Shown piece after piece: positions 31,681 to 43,157 of a stretch of 64,000 nucleotides of DNA (within the stretch, counting starts at the first letter, position 1; every line of letters starts with the position of its first letter). The position numbers were made by a program, and so were the translations under genes. The stretch is taken from assembly GCA_965226065.1 (NCBI GenBank), contig OZ245332.1:585672-649671 (forward strand). Direction: 5' to 3'. This stretch comes from Spirochaetia bacterium. GTDB taxonomy: Bacteria > Spirochaetota > Spirochaetia > WTKD01 > G963693115. The notes below the pieces were generated by a model. The model ran no database searches. It was not told where the DNA came from and saw only the letters and a list, made by a program, of their open reading frames with translations.

Positions 31681-33093
31681 TTATTTTAATTCTTTTTCTT
31701 CGTCAGTTTTTTGTAGTTTTGCAATGCCGAAGCCACTTATTGCAAGTATCACGGCAACGACAATACCCATATAGTTAAACACTGCCCATGGAAGATACTC
31801 AATGGTAGTAACTCCAAGCGTTACCGACATATATGCACCTGCGGCAGACCATGGTACGAGCGGAACAAAAACTGTCCCTGAATCTTCAAGGGTTCGCGAA
31901 AGATTTTTTGGATCAAGTCCTCGTTTCATGTAACTATCTTTGAATAATTCCCCCGGTATTAAAATTGATAAATAAGAGCTTCCTGTGACAAGTGCCATAG
32001 TAATACATGAAAGTATTGTAGAAAGTATCAGCGAAGTTGCAGAGTGTATACGAGCAAGAATAACCTTTAAAACAGTATCGAGCATACCGGAAACACTCAT
32101 AATACCTGCAAATCCCATTGCACAAAAAATAAGCACGGTGGTGCTGGTAACTGATACTACTCCACCGCGATTGATAAGTCGTACTACTTCTGCCGAGACA
32201 TCTTTCATACCCGTCATAGAAACAGAGAACCCTTTTATTAATGATACAAAGCCGTCATTGAGACTAAAGCCTTGTATCAAAACACCCAATGCTACAGAAA
32301 GCAGACTTGTACCTATCATAGTCGGAATTGCGGGAAATTTTATTATAGAACTTACAAGTATGACAGCTACAGGCACAAGCAAGAGTAGATTCCATTGAAA
32401 TAGAGAATCTAGCTGCGTAAGCAGTGTGTTCACAGCTTCAGAATTCGTTGCATTTCCCGTTGAACGTAATCCAACAAATAAGTATACAAAAACCGCAATT
32501 ATTGTTGCAGGAATGCTTGTATACAACATGTGCCGAATATGAGCGTATAAATTCGTACCTGCTGCAATAGGCGCAAGATTGGTTGTATCGGACAGTGGTG
32601 AAATTTTATCTCCAAAGTATGCCCCTGCTACTACAGCTCCAGCAGTTGCAGGCAAAGACACACCAAGTCCACTGGCAATACCCATGATGGCAACACCAAT
32701 AGTACCCGCAGATCCCCACGATGTCCCGGTAACCGTAGAAACTAATGCAGTAATAAGAAACGCAGAAACTAGCACAAATTTTGGATTTATAATTTGTATG
32801 CCATAATAAATAATCATTGGCACCGTACCAGAAAACATCCAAGATCCAATAAGAAATCCGACACTCCACAATACCAGTGTTGCAGGCATTGCCTTTGCTA
32901 TCTTATCTACTATTGCCTTTTGTAAATCTTGCCATCTATACCCAAGACTATAGGCTATAACACCGGCAATACACGCAGAAACAACAAGAATAGGCTCAGC
33001 TCTATAGCCTAAGTATCCATATCCAATTGATAAGGATCCTATCATAAAAATTATCGGAAATATTGATTGTATAAACGTAGGTTGCTTTTTCAT
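31681..33093 (-). CDS. NhaC-family Na+/H+ antiporter / amino-acid transporter
   Basis: TGTSWGSAGTIG, GAYFGDKISPLSDTT, LSRTLEDSGT. Confidence 0.9.
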   Translation of the reverse strand: MKKQPTFIQSIFPIIFMIGSLSIGYGYLGYRAEPILVVSACIAGVIAYSLGYRWQDLQKAIVDKIAKAMPATLVLWSVGFLIGSWMFSGTVPMIIYYGIQIINPKFVLVSAFLITALVSTVTGTSWGSAGTIGVAIMGIASGLGVSLPATAGAVVAGAYFGDKISPLSDTTNLAPIAAGTNLYAHIRHMLYTSIPATIIAVFVYLFVGLRSTGNATNSEAVNTLLTQLDSLFQWNLLLLVPVAVILVSSIIKFPAIPTMIGTSLLSVALGVLIQGFSLNDGFVSLIKGFSVSMTGMKDVSAEVVRLINRGGVVSVTSTTVLIFCAMGFAGIMSVSGMLDTVLKVILARIHSATSLILSTILSCITMALVTGSSYLSILIPGELFKDSYMKRGLDPKNLSRTLEDSGTVFVPLVPWSAAGAYMSVTLGVTTIEYLPWAVFNYMGIVVAVILAISGFGIAKLQKTDEEKELK

Positions 33094-33287
33094 AGTAAAA
33101 CTCCTTTCTTTATTGGACTTTTAATTACGATGAGCATACAAAACGCACCTTATTATTATAAGCCAAAGTAACTACTACCTCTAAGTATAAAGCACTCTTC
33201 TGAAAAATATTCAGTATAATTTATAAATCTGAAGTAGAATATAATTTTTTAAAAAAGATGGAAGTTACGCACAATGGGTACTAGGTC

Positions 33288-35369
33288 CTATACAAAATCA
33301 TCAAAGCATTGGATGTATTTTTGTGCAATAGACTGCGGATGAAATCGTTGTGCAAGAACACGTTTTTCTTGTAAAGCATAAGAACGATACTTTTTTTTAT
33401 GCTTCATAACATTGTGCACCTTCACACAAAACGCATGCTTATCTTTGCATGGCGTGTACCACACATCGCTTGTAAATAACTCGCGTGCAACGAAAGTATC
33501 TTCCATAATCACAGGCGTCCCTTGCAAAAACGCTTCGCATGGCACAAGCCCAAAACCTTCACTCTGAGATGGAAATATAACGACATCTGCATATTTCATG
33601 TAGGCATAGACATTCTTGATATGTCCAAGAAAATGCACATACTGCACAAGTTTTAAGTGATGCACCAGTGTTTCAAGTTTTTTTCGCAAAGGGCCATCGC
33701 CGGCAAGGTACAAACAAGCGTGAGGATAATAAGTCTTATGCAACTCTTTCATCATATGAAGTACATATTCATGCCCCTTGTGTTTACACAGACGCAAAGC
33801 ACAAAATAAAATAGGCGATCGTATATCCGCAGCATTTTTATAAGGGTTTTCAGAAGTATATGCATATTTCACAGGATTATAAAGCACTGTCTTGCGTATT
33901 CGCTTACACGACTTTTTGTTAAGAATCCGCACATAAGAATTGAGACAGTCTTGTGAAACTGCGCTTAATCCATGAAAGTTCGGCAGTATATGTGTTATTG
34001 CAAGACGCGTTAAAAATGAAAAATACGAAAACTTATTGTGAAATGTTGCTAAAAGTGCAGGGCTTTTATTTTGCGATTTCAATCGTAAATACGCAGCACA
34101 TGCAACGATATATGCTCTTCCAAGATGTGCATGAACAATTGCAGGTGAGGTTTCTGCAATATACTGAGAAAGTTTTTTTGCAGCATAAAGCACACGCAAT
34201 TTTTTGCATTCAAGAGATATAAACGGTATACGCATGTCAGACAATTTTTTCATTGCAGCGCTGCTTTCTGTCGCTTGTATACTTATAAAAGTAATATCAT
34301 ATTTTTTTTTAATATATGGTGCAAGAAGAAAAAATATCTTTGAAACTGCACTTTCATCAAGTACGGTTGTCAGCCACAAAAGCTTCTTTTTTTTTGCAAA
34401 TTTCTTGTATGCCGTGTACGAAGCGATGCTTTTATTATTTTTGTATTTGAAAGTGCGCAACGCATCTTTAATACCCACCGGAAGCATCATACGAAGATAT
34501 CGCTTTGCATATTCCATACAAATAAAATAACTCATATACAAAAAATTTCGCAGGCTCGGGTATAACTTGCGTTGTATCGACCACCTCTCCCTCATCATAC
34601 GCGTAAAGTTTCTTGTAGAATAGCCTTGTGCTTTCACCGTTACCATGCAATCATTACATACAAATACTTCATATCCATTTTTAAGTACACGCGCCATTTG
34701 ATGAGCATCCGCACACACTCGATAGCGTGTATCAAACAAATACTCCATCGCTTTCTCTGCACGTATAAACAGAGCTTGGTGCGATGTTGGCATTGCGAAG
34801 GGCATTGCCTGCAAGGGAATAACCTTTTTACGTATGAGGTGTCCGCGTAAATCTTCATAAAAATCAGTAGCAACATACGCGTAATTTTTTTCTCGTTGCA
34901 GAAAATAATCCGAATGCTTTAGCGAATTGTATATACGAAGAAGTGCTGTTGCATCACAAAATACATCTGCCGTATTTAAAAATAATATCCATACACCACG
35001 TGCATTGACTATGCCCTTGTTCATCGCATCGTATATTCCGCTATCAACACCGCGTAGATGGCGCATTGCATGCTTCTGCTCTCGCTTACTTTTCAAGGTA
35101 TGCGTTTCTACACATTTCTTTATTTCAGGTAAAAATCCACCATCAATAATCAAAACATCAAGTTCCTCAGGAGCGATGCTCTGAATACTCACAGAAGATA
35201 AAGTTTCGTATAAACCCTCTACATCATCTTTAACTACCGTTACAATACTGAAAAATGGCTTGTGTTTGCTCATGTCGCACATGTTGTATATATGATATGC
35301 TCTTTTTATAAAAGACGTGAATACGCAATTGTCATAGAGAGTAAAAAACTCTTCTTGAAATACTGACAA
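33288..35369 (-). CDS. Fused glycosyltransferase: N-terminal GT2 plus C-terminal GT4 (true start may be near 35273-35282)
   Basis: FSIVTVV, IDGG, DSGIYDAMNKG, HQA (GT2); KHKGH, GDGPLR, PSQSEGFGLVPCEA (GT4). Confidence 0.85.
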   Translation of the reverse strand: MSVFQEEFFTLYDNCVFTSFIKRAYHIYNMCDMSKHKPFFSIVTVVKDDVEGLYETLSSVSIQSIAPEELDVLIIDGGFLPEIKKCVETHTLKSKREQKHAMRHLRGVDSGIYDAMNKGIVNARGVWILFLNTADVFCDATALLRIYNSLKHSDYFLQREKNYAYVATDFYEDLRGHLIRKKVIPLQAMPFAMPTSHQALFIRAEKAMEYLFDTRYRVCADAHQMARVLKNGYEVFVCNDCMVTVKAQGYSTRNFTRMMRERWSIQRKLYPSLRNFLYMSYFICMEYAKRYLRMMLPVGIKDALRTFKYKNNKSIASYTAYKKFAKKKKLLWLTTVLDESAVSKIFFLLAPYIKKKYDITFISIQATESSAAMKKLSDMRIPFISLECKKLRVLYAAKKLSQYIAETSPAIVHAHLGRAYIVACAAYLRLKSQNKSPALLATFHNKFSYFSFLTRLAITHILPNFHGLSAVSQDCLNSYVRILNKKSCKRIRKTVLYNPVKYAYTSENPYKNAADIRSPILFCALRLCKHKGHEYVLHMMKELHKTYYPHACLYLAGDGPLRKKLETLVHHLKLVQYVHFLGHIKNVYAYMKYADVVIFPSQSEGFGLVPCEAFLQGTPVIMEDTFVARELFTSDVWYTPCKDKHAFCVKVHNVMKHKKKYRSYALQEKRVLAQRFHPQSIAQKYIQCFDDFV

Positions 35370-35405
35370 TCATAGGTCTATTTTTGATACGCATAAGGAA
35401 ATATC

Positions 35406-36500
35406 TTACGATATTTTCTTGACTAATTGTTCTATAAGATTCCGAGCAGATGAGAGTTCCCATACCAGATGCGCTTTGTGTGTGTCATCAGAATTTGAAT
35501 ATGCCAAACTATACCAATACGAAATATCCAGCGCGTGTGCAAGAGAAAAATAGCAATTGTTATGCGCATCGCCTGCGCGACGTATTTCTGCAACATGTGT
35601 TCCTTCGCGCATCCACAGCATATTTGTAAGTCCTGCACCATGCACGGATACTAAAACATCAGTAACACGAAATAATGCAATTTGTTCAGAAATACTCATA
35701 TGCGAAAGAGTGACCGCCATAAAATCATGTTCCTGTAATATCGGTAGTATTTCATGTTCATTTACCAAATATCGATATGCTGCATCACTACGGCTTATAT
35801 ACACTCGTTTTTTCTTTTCATGTTTAGCACGGGTGTTTTTGCAAACTATAGTATGAGCAACATGCTGATGTGCCATGCTGCGAATGCGTTTCATAAGTGA
35901 TGGTCTAAAATTACCGGAACCTGCAGGCGCAAGAATATCTCCTATTGCATATAAATTTTTAACGCGTATTTTATGCCTCTTAGGAATAAGAATAATACGA
36001 TTTTCGCGTATTCCCAAAAGGGCTAAGGTATCGGTGCAATACGACTTGGCATATGCATCGGGTAGGAGTATCGGCATGTCAGGATATTCAACGGAAATCA
36101 TAGCTTGCATCAACAATACTTTTGGTAACACATCTGCTATCCAATGAAAATATCCCGATGATACGTAATCAGTTACCAACATTGCAGCATCAATCTTATG
36201 TGGCATTGAGAGATAGCATGCGCTTCGCACATGCATTTTCACACGCGTTACAACATTCATACGCGTAACATGTACGCTCTGAGAAATGCTCGTCATACCC
36301 CGTGTCGCACTGCCCTTAGAAACTACAAGCGCATCTTCATACACGGCACAATATCCTTTATCAAAAGTGCTCCGATATTCTGAAGAGAATAAAAATTCTT
36401 CATCGGATCTCAGATTGCATGGTTTCGTTCGAACAACCGTTTCATGAGAAATAATATCAATACTGCGCTGTGGTTTTGCAACAGGAAATAACAATACCAT
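35406..36500 (-). CDS. Glycosyltransferase family 61 (DUF563)
   Basis: GYFHWIAD, RVYISR...R.LVNE, EQIALF, HGAGLTN. Confidence 0.85.
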   Translation of the reverse strand: MVLLFPVAKPQRSIDIISHETVVRTKPCNLRSDEEFLFSSEYRSTFDKGYCAVYEDALVVSKGSATRGMTSISQSVHVTRMNVVTRVKMHVRSACYLSMPHKIDAAMLVTDYVSSGYFHWIADVLPKVLLMQAMISVEYPDMPILLPDAYAKSYCTDTLALLGIRENRIILIPKRHKIRVKNLYAIGDILAPAGSGNFRPSLMKRIRSMAHQHVAHTIVCKNTRAKHEKKKRVYISRSDAAYRYLVNEHEILPILQEHDFMAVTLSHMSISEQIALFRVTDVLVSVHGAGLTNMLWMREGTHVAEIRRAGDAHNNCYFSLAHALDISYWYSLAYSNSDDTHKAHLVWELSSARNLIEQLVKKIS

Positions 36501-36518
36501 GTATATTTACCACGCTTT

Positions 36519-38519
36519 TTATGAAATATTCATTATCTTACACAAGGCATCGTAATTGCCTTGAAAAGAAATAGCGCCTTCATCAATTTTATAAATATAA
36601 TCGCACAATGCGAGCGTGTTTATTCGGTGGGCAACGATGATAATCGTCTTGCTCTTAGGAAGATTATCTATTGCATTTTGTACTTCTTGTTCAGTTTTCA
36701 TATCAAGATGTGATGTCGCCTCATCACAAAAAATTACATCAGGCTCTCGATACAAAGCCCGAGCAATACCAAGCCTTTGTCGTTGCCCTCCACTTAAGCG
36801 TTTGCCATGTTCACCTATAGCCGTATCTATCCCTTGTGGCATTTTTTGCACAACACTCCACAAATTTGCAATCTTTAATACTTCCTGTACTTTCTCTCTA
36901 TCTACTTCTTGTTCACTGATGCCAAATGCAACATTATTCACGAGGCTGTCTTCCATAAGCAAGGTTTCTTGTGGTACATAGCCTATGTTTTTCTGCCAAC
37001 GCCGCATGTTGTTGCTAATATCAACCCCATCTACTTTTACCACTCCTGTAGTAGGGTTTAAAAATGCCATGAGAATATGCAGTAAGGTTGTCTTGCCACC
37101 TCCAGAACCTCCAACGATACCGATTTTTTTCCCTTTGGAAATGGAAAAAGAAATATCGCGCAGAACTAAGGTAGAATTTTCGTATGAATACGTGCGTCCA
37201 TTTTCACTAAATATGGGATAAGAAAAAGATACATTCTGTATTTCTATATTATTTTCAAACGGCAGTGGTTTTATATTTTCTTGTGTTTCCTCAACCTTAT
37301 GCTGAAGTGCAGTTTGATACTCTTCGTAAAATTCATTGACAGCTATTTGATCGTTCGTAAAAGTACCTAAATACCCGGTAATACGCAACATCGCAGGCAT
37401 AACTTTAAACACGGCAGTAGCAAATACTGCAGCAGTCGTAAGTATTTCAGATGCTTTTCCAGGATTATAAACGATGATTAGAACCGCATAACCGACAAAG
37501 GACAACACCACAGATAATTCAAGAACAACACGTGGCAATGAAGCAACAATACGCTTGTAAGCTCCTAAAGATATGGTCTTGCTATAAAAGAGATGAAAAA
37601 TTCGCAAAAAAAACGGCTCTGCACTAAAAAGACGGCTAAATGTGAAATTATGCACACCTTGATATAAGGTCATACTTTGTTTTTTAGAAAGTGCAAGTTC
37701 TATTTGTGAAATACGCTGTAACTCTTTATGTACAAGTTTATACGTAGTAAATGATACCAAAGCCATAATTCCACTAATTAACAAAGCACCTGGAGAAATC
37801 AGTGTTATGCCTAATCCCAGTACTATTACAAAAAGCAAGTCATTTACAAGACTCAAAAGTCCGTGAATAATTCCAAAGGCTTTACCTGAAAGGCTCATAG
37901 AAAACAATGTGCGTGCCGCCGAACGCCCTAAATAATAACTATAGGACATGTATAAAATAACCGTGTATATTCTCTCTGATAAGTTTTTTGTAGCATGCGC
38001 CGTATAAATATCTGTTATATACAAAACGACAAGGCTGATTATCGTACGCAATGCAAACATGACAAAAAATGCAAAAGCAAAAAAAATCACTAGTTGATTT
38101 GATGAGCTAAAGTTAAAAAATTCAAAGACATATCGAGAAATTTTCACCGTGTATTGAACTATTATTCCTGCATTACTGATGTCTGAATGTATGGCATCCG
38201 CATGCTGCAAAAACACCACAAATGGAATAACTAAGCCAATACCGACAAGTCCCAAAAATGAACTCGTAACCATGCAGAGAAAAAGCCATGGTAGTTTTTT
38301 ACGCGATCCTGAAAGCAAGTACCATATTTGACCTAAGGTAGTACTAAATTTCACCGCGTGTAGCGATTTACGTAAGTTCTCTTGTTCTTTTACAAGTTCA
38401 GCTTCTTCCTCTTCTGTCATGACAATATTCAATTTTTTAGACTGTCGATATAGCTTGTTAGGTATTTTTCCTCTTTGCTTTCCTCTGTTTTGTTCTCTGT
38501 GTTTTGCATTCATTTTCAT
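36519..38519 (-). CDS. ABC transporter permease/ATPase (PglK/MsbA-like glycan flippase)
   Basis: TM domain plus GGSGGGKT, LSGGQRQR, DEATS; lies in a glycosyltransferase operon. Confidence 0.85.
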   Translation of the reverse strand: MKMNAKHREQNRGKQRGKIPNKLYRQSKKLNIVMTEEEEAELVKEQENLRKSLHAVKFSTTLGQIWYLLSGSRKKLPWLFLCMVTSSFLGLVGIGLVIPFVVFLQHADAIHSDISNAGIIVQYTVKISRYVFEFFNFSSSNQLVIFFAFAFFVMFALRTIISLVVLYITDIYTAHATKNLSERIYTVILYMSYSYYLGRSAARTLFSMSLSGKAFGIIHGLLSLVNDLLFVIVLGLGITLISPGALLISGIMALVSFTTYKLVHKELQRISQIELALSKKQSMTLYQGVHNFTFSRLFSAEPFFLRIFHLFYSKTISLGAYKRIVASLPRVVLELSVVLSFVGYAVLIIVYNPGKASEILTTAAVFATAVFKVMPAMLRITGYLGTFTNDQIAVNEFYEEYQTALQHKVEETQENIKPLPFENNIEIQNVSFSYPIFSENGRTYSYENSTLVLRDISFSISKGKKIGIVGGSGGGKTTLLHILMAFLNPTTGVVKVDGVDISNNMRRWQKNIGYVPQETLLMEDSLVNNVAFGISEQEVDREKVQEVLKIANLWSVVQKMPQGIDTAIGEHGKRLSGGQRQRLGIARALYREPDVIFCDEATSHLDMKTEQEVQNAIDNLPKSKTIIIVAHRINTLALCDYIYKIDEGAISFQGNYDALCKIMNIS

Positions 38520-38528
38520 GAAATTTCC

Positions 38529-39482
38529 TTAAGGATTATTTAGTGTATACGCGTAGCGCACAAACCACTGATATGTGTTTTTAATACCTTCTTCAAGTGC
38601 CGTAGATGCACGCCAGCCTAAGGCATTCATCTTTGAAAGTTCCATACATTTCTTAGGCGTACCATTGGGTTTTGAAGTATCCCACAGCACAGCAGCATCA
38701 GATTTTACTATACCCTGTATTATCTGTACAAGATCTCGTATACTAATATCCACACCGGTACCAACATTTACATGCTCACCTACATCACTCACTGAACAAT
38801 GCTTCATCAAAAAAAGCAGCGCATGTGCAAGGTCAATAGAATATAAGAACTCGCGCTTTGGGCTACCGTCACCCCACAGTACAACTTCACGAATTTTTTT
38901 TTCCTTCGCACGGTGAAATTTGTGAATGAGTGCAGGTAAGACATGCGAGGTTTCTAAATCAAAGTTATCACCGGGACCGTATATGTTACTTGGCATTGCG
39001 CTTATAAAAGATGTACCATACTGCTCATTATAATAACGACAAAGTTTGATAGCGGCAATTTTTGCAATGGCATATGACTCATTTGTCTGTTCAAGTGATC
39101 CAGTGAGCAAGCTTTTTTCTGTAATGGGCTGCGCCGCATATTTAGGATAAATGCAACTTGAGCCAAGGTTAATGAGTTTTTTCACACCTGCACGATAGGC
39201 TGCGTGGATCACATTACAAGCAATGCTGATATTATCGTAGATAAACTGCGCCTTATACGTGCTATTTGCCATAATACCGCCAACCTTTGCCGCGCATAAA
39301 AACACGTATTGCGGCTTTTCAGAAAGAAAAAAATCTTCTGTCTCTTGCTGCCTCGTTAGATCCAACTCGGCATGCGTTTTACAAATAACATTGCGATAAC
39401 CTTCTTCACGCAGTACATTACACACTGCAGAACCCACTAATCCTCGGTGCCCCGCCACATATATTTTTGCATTATTGTCCAT
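38529..39482 (-). CDS. fcl: GDP-L-fucose synthase
   Basis: AGHRGLVGSA, AAKVGGI, GSSCIYP, YAIAK, SHVLPAL. Confidence 0.96.
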   Translation of the reverse strand: MDNNAKIYVAGHRGLVGSAVCNVLREEGYRNVICKTHAELDLTRQQETEDFFLSEKPQYVFLCAAKVGGIMANSTYKAQFIYDNISIACNVIHAAYRAGVKKLINLGSSCIYPKYAAQPITEKSLLTGSLEQTNESYAIAKIAAIKLCRYYNEQYGTSFISAMPSNIYGPGDNFDLETSHVLPALIHKFHRAKEKKIREVVLWGDGSPKREFLYSIDLAHALLFLMKHCSVSDVGEHVNVGTGVDISIRDLVQIIQGIVKSDAAVLWDTSKPNGTPKKCMELSKMNALGWRASTALEEGIKNTYQWFVRYAYTLNNP

Positions 39483-39501
39483 AAGTGTTTTGTATGCTAC
39501 C

Positions 39502-40569
39502 TTAACTTCGTTTCTTCAGTTCTGCTTCATCCGCCTCTACCATTATGTCTATAAGACGATGAAAAGAAACCTGCGGTTTCCAGCCTAGTTTTTCTTTTAT
39601 CTTCGTAGCGTCACCTACAAGAAGGTCAACTTCTGAAGGTCTGTAGTAACGCGGATCTATACGGATGACGGTCTTACCAGTTTTAGAATCAACGGCGGTT
39701 TCATTAACACCTTCGCCATTCCATACAAGATCCATAGCAAGTCGTGCAAACGCTTCGCTTGCAAACTCACGCACCGAATGCATTTCGCCCGTTGCAACCA
39801 CATAGTCATCAGGTTCATCACTTTGCATCATAAGCCACATCGCCTCGACATAATCTTGTGCATAACCCCAATCACGCTGCGCGTTGGGATTACCTAAGTA
39901 TAGACACTCTTGTAAGCCAAGAGAAACTTTCACCGCTGCCTGCGTTATCTTTCTAGTTACAAATGTTTCACCGCGCAAAGGACTCTCGTGGTTAAATAAT
40001 ATACCATTACACGCAAACATATTATAGCTCTCTCTATAATTTACGGTAATCCAGTAAGCATATAATTTTGCAACCGCGTAGGGACTTCGAGGATAAAATG
40101 CTGTCTTCTCTGTTTGCGGTGTTTCTTGCACCAATCCATACAGCTCGCTAGTTGAAGCTTGATAAAATTTTGTTTTGTTCAGTAAGCCTACAATACGTAA
40201 GGCTTCTAATATTCGTAAAACTCCTAGGGCATCTGAGTTTGCCGTGTATTCGGGCGTATCAAAACTTACGTGTACATGGCTTTGTGCACCTAAGTTGTAT
40301 ATTTCATCTGGTTGTACTTCTTGAATAACGCGTATGAGATTTGTGCTATCGGTTAAGTCTCCGTAGTGAAGAAAAAAATTGTTCTTACGCTCATGGATAT
40401 CGCTGTATAAGTGATCAATACGCGAAGTGTTAAACGAACTTGCCCGGCGTTTTATGCCGTGTACAACGTAACCTTTTTCTAGAAGAAATTCAGCAAGATA
40501 TGCTCCATCTTGACCAGTGACACCAGTAATAAGTGCTATCTTTGCGTTTGTGTTATTAGTTCTTTGCAT
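39502..40569 (-). CDS. gmd: GDP-mannose 4,6-dehydratase
   Basis: [51 protein letters not shown]. Confidence 0.97.
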   Translation of the reverse strand: MQRTNNTNAKIALITGVTGQDGAYLAEFLLEKGYVVHGIKRRASSFNTSRIDHLYSDIHERKNNFFLHYGDLTDSTNLIRVIQEVQPDEIYNLGAQSHVHVSFDTPEYTANSDALGVLRILEALRIVGLLNKTKFYQASTSELYGLVQETPQTEKTAFYPRSPYAVAKLYAYWITVNYRESYNMFACNGILFNHESPLRGETFVTRKITQAAVKVSLGLQECLYLGNPNAQRDWGYAQDYVEAMWLMMQSDEPDDYVVATGEMHSVREFASEAFARLAMDLVWNGEGVNETAVDSKTGKTVIRIDPRYYRPSEVDLLVGDATKIKEKLGWKPQVSFHRLIDIMVEADEAELKKRS

Positions 40570-40583
40570 GGGTAAAAGCTTCT

Positions 40584-41567
40584 TTATCCTTCATTTTGTA
40601 ACTTTGCGGTATACGTAGCAGAAAACCACTCTATGGTTCTTTTTATACCTTCTTCAAGAGAGATTTCGGGATTCCACCCCAGTACTTTTTTAGCACGAGT
40701 AATGTCAGGTTTGCGCTGTTTAGGGTCGTCTTGAGGCAAAGGCTTGTGTTCAACAACAAGATCAGGATAATGCTTCTTTACATACAAAACAAGCTCATTA
40801 ATAGTAATTTCATGTGGATTTCCTAGATTCATAGGACCGTGTACATGAGCTTGTATACCATGAGTGTTTTCGCAAGGCATAAGCAAAAACAATATGATGC
40901 CACGCACCAAATCATCTACAAAACAAAAACTGCGCGTTTGTAAACCATCACCATAAACCGTAAGCGGTTTTTTATTGAGCGCTTGCATAATAAAATTGCC
41001 TAGAACTCTCCCATCATCTGCTTGCATATATGGTCCATACGTATTAAAAACACGTATCACCTTTACACAAGTTTGATGCATTCTTACAAAATCAAAGCAC
41101 AGGCTTTCCGCTGCACGTTTGCCTTCGTCGTAACATGCACGCAGCCCTACGGGATTTACATGCCCCCAATATTCTTCATGCTGTGGATGTGTAAGCGAGT
41201 CACCATAGACTTCACTAGTTGAAGCTTGTAGTATAGGAATGTTTCTTTTCGTAGCATATTCAAGCATGGCAAGTGTACCTAAGATACTTGTTTTCATGGT
41301 GTACAGCGGGTCTTTTAAGTATTGTTTAGGGCTGGCAGGACAGGCAAGGTTACAAAGTACGTCAACGGATTCTATATCGTGAGGAAGTGCTTCGGTAATA
41401 TCATGCCTTACAAAACGAAAATTTTCATAACAATTTAGTATAGGCATATGCATAGAATTACTAGAATAAAAATTGTCTATACCTGTAACAGAATGCCCAT
41501 CATCCAATAATCTTTTACAAAGGTTAATACCAATAAACCCAATTGCGCCCGTTACAAGGATATGCAT
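40584..41567 (-). CDS. UDP-glucuronate decarboxylase (UDP-xylose synthase)
   Basis: [62 protein letters not shown]. Confidence 0.92.
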   Translation of the reverse strand: MHILVTGAIGFIGINLCKRLLDDGHSVTGIDNFYSSNSMHMPILNCYENFRFVRHDITEALPHDIESVDVLCNLACPASPKQYLKDPLYTMKTSILGTLAMLEYATKRNIPILQASTSEVYGDSLTHPQHEEYWGHVNPVGLRACYDEGKRAAESLCFDFVRMHQTCVKVIRVFNTYGPYMQADDGRVLGNFIMQALNKKPLTVYGDGLQTRSFCFVDDLVRGIILFLLMPCENTHGIQAHVHGPMNLGNPHEITINELVLYVKKHYPDLVVEHKPLPQDDPKQRKPDITRAKKVLGWNPEISLEEGIKRTIEWFSATYTAKLQNEG

Positions 41568-43157
41568 AGTCTTTCATTATATAAAATTTGTTATAATAAA
41601 ACAACTTTGAAAGAAACTACATATTCTGTTTTTTTTCTCATAACAATTGCATTGATATTTCTCCCGTTACCTTATATTGTTGCTGATGAAAAAGTAGAAC
41701 AAAAACAAGAAAACATAAAAAACCATGCATTTCAACAGGAAGAGTACTATGTTATTACAAAAATAACATATGAAATAACAGGACATGTCCTAGAAGCTGC
41801 GCTTGAAGAAAAACTTCAATTAAAAAATGGCAGTCGGAAATTTAAATCGGAGAAGAATTTCCAAATGTACTTAGAAAACAAAAACGCAGAACTTATCAAT
41901 ATACGAACACTTGAAGCATCTTCAAAAATTACATTCACAAAAACATACGACAAGAAAAAAAAACAATACAATATTACACTTACAATACAAGTAAAATCAG
42001 GGTTTAACATACTCGTACTTCCATACTTCAAATACTCTAGCAACTCGGGTTTGTTGCTCAGTGCTCGAGGAAGAGATTACAATTTTTTAGGATCACTACA
42101 ACGATTTGTTATAGATCTAGATTATACGTATGATGATAACAATAGAAATTCTGGTAGTATAAGTACGAGCTTTCAATACCCTTTACAAATAGGGAATAAA
42201 AATTTATTCACCTTAGCATTATCGGAAAATATAAGCTACAGAAGTGATAATAAGTTTTATAACAAAGCATCGTTTGCTATACAACATTCATACAGCATCA
42301 ATTCTATAATTTCTTGGAATTCATCGCTCTCACAAGATTTTACTTCGGAGACAGATTTAAAAACAGCAAAAAAAAGAATATTTTCTACTGGAAGCAGTAT
42401 ACTCACAACAGGATCATCGATTCTCCTTACCTCCACGCCATTGCCCATTATTAACAACATACGCTATAACCCAAGCATTTCCACACGTTTTGACTACAGC
42501 TTGACCCCTAAAGATCCAAGTCCGAGAAAAAGATACAACATCATTCCTTCCTTTGATCAATCTTTGAGTTTTGGACAAATAAACGAAATAAAAAACTTCC
42601 GTCAGGGGCTTGCGTTAGTCTTACAGAATAAAAATTCCTATTCAATAAAAAACAAAATATGGCGAAATTCAATTTCCATAGAGACAAAACTACACGGAGC
42701 ATTCGGCAATATATTTGGAATTGATGCACGTATATACGGAGTTCAAAATTTTTATACCTATCTAGATTCGTCAAAAAAAAATACTGAAGATGAAGGAAGT
42801 ATGATAGGTGATCGTCTGCGCGGTGTATTAGATAACAATTTCAAAAATGCAAACAATGCACTTGCAATCAATGTAAGCTTGTTACTAAAATTATTTTCCA
42901 TTACACCATTTACAGAATTCCACCTCGGCTTGTTCTCGGACTTTGGCATTAGAACACGCAGAGGTAAAAACAGCACTTTTTCTTTAGAAAAAGATATTAA
43001 AGCAACGATAGGTGTAGAAATACTCTCATTTGCTTTGTTCTCACGCTCTATAATTTTGCGCATATCATACGGTGTTGATCTTACAAAAGCAATACATGAT
43101 GGTAAGCTTGAATCTTCAAACAGAGAAATCTTCATAGGCCTCTCACGCTATTTTTAA
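41562..43157 (+). CDS. Probable outer-membrane beta-barrel protein with N-terminal POTRA-like region
   Basis: Signal peptide, PYFKYSSNSG...DYNFLG segment, alternating beta pattern, C-terminal aromatic (RYF); start codon uncertain. Confidence 0.55.
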   Translation: MHSLSLYKICYNKTTLKETTYSVFFLITIALIFLPLPYIVADEKVEQKQENIKNHAFQQEEYYVITKITYEITGHVLEAALEEKLQLKNGSRKFKSEKNFQMYLENKNAELINIRTLEASSKITFTKTYDKKKKQYNITLTIQVKSGFNILVLPYFKYSSNSGLLLSARGRDYNFLGSLQRFVIDLDYTYDDNNRNSGSISTSFQYPLQIGNKNLFTLALSENISYRSDNKFYNKASFAIQHSYSINSIISWNSSLSQDFTSETDLKTAKKRIFSTGSSILTTGSSILLTSTPLPIINNIRYNPSISTRFDYSLTPKDPSPRKRYNIIPSFDQSLSFGQINEIKNFRQGLALVLQNKNSYSIKNKIWRNSISIETKLHGAFGNIFGIDARIYGVQNFYTYLDSSKKNTEDEGSMIGDRLRGVLDNNFKNANNALAINVSLLLKLFSITPFTEFHLGLFSDFGIRTRRGKNSTFSLEKDIKATIGVEILSFALFSRSIILRISYGVDLTKAIHDGKLESSNREIFIGLSRYF

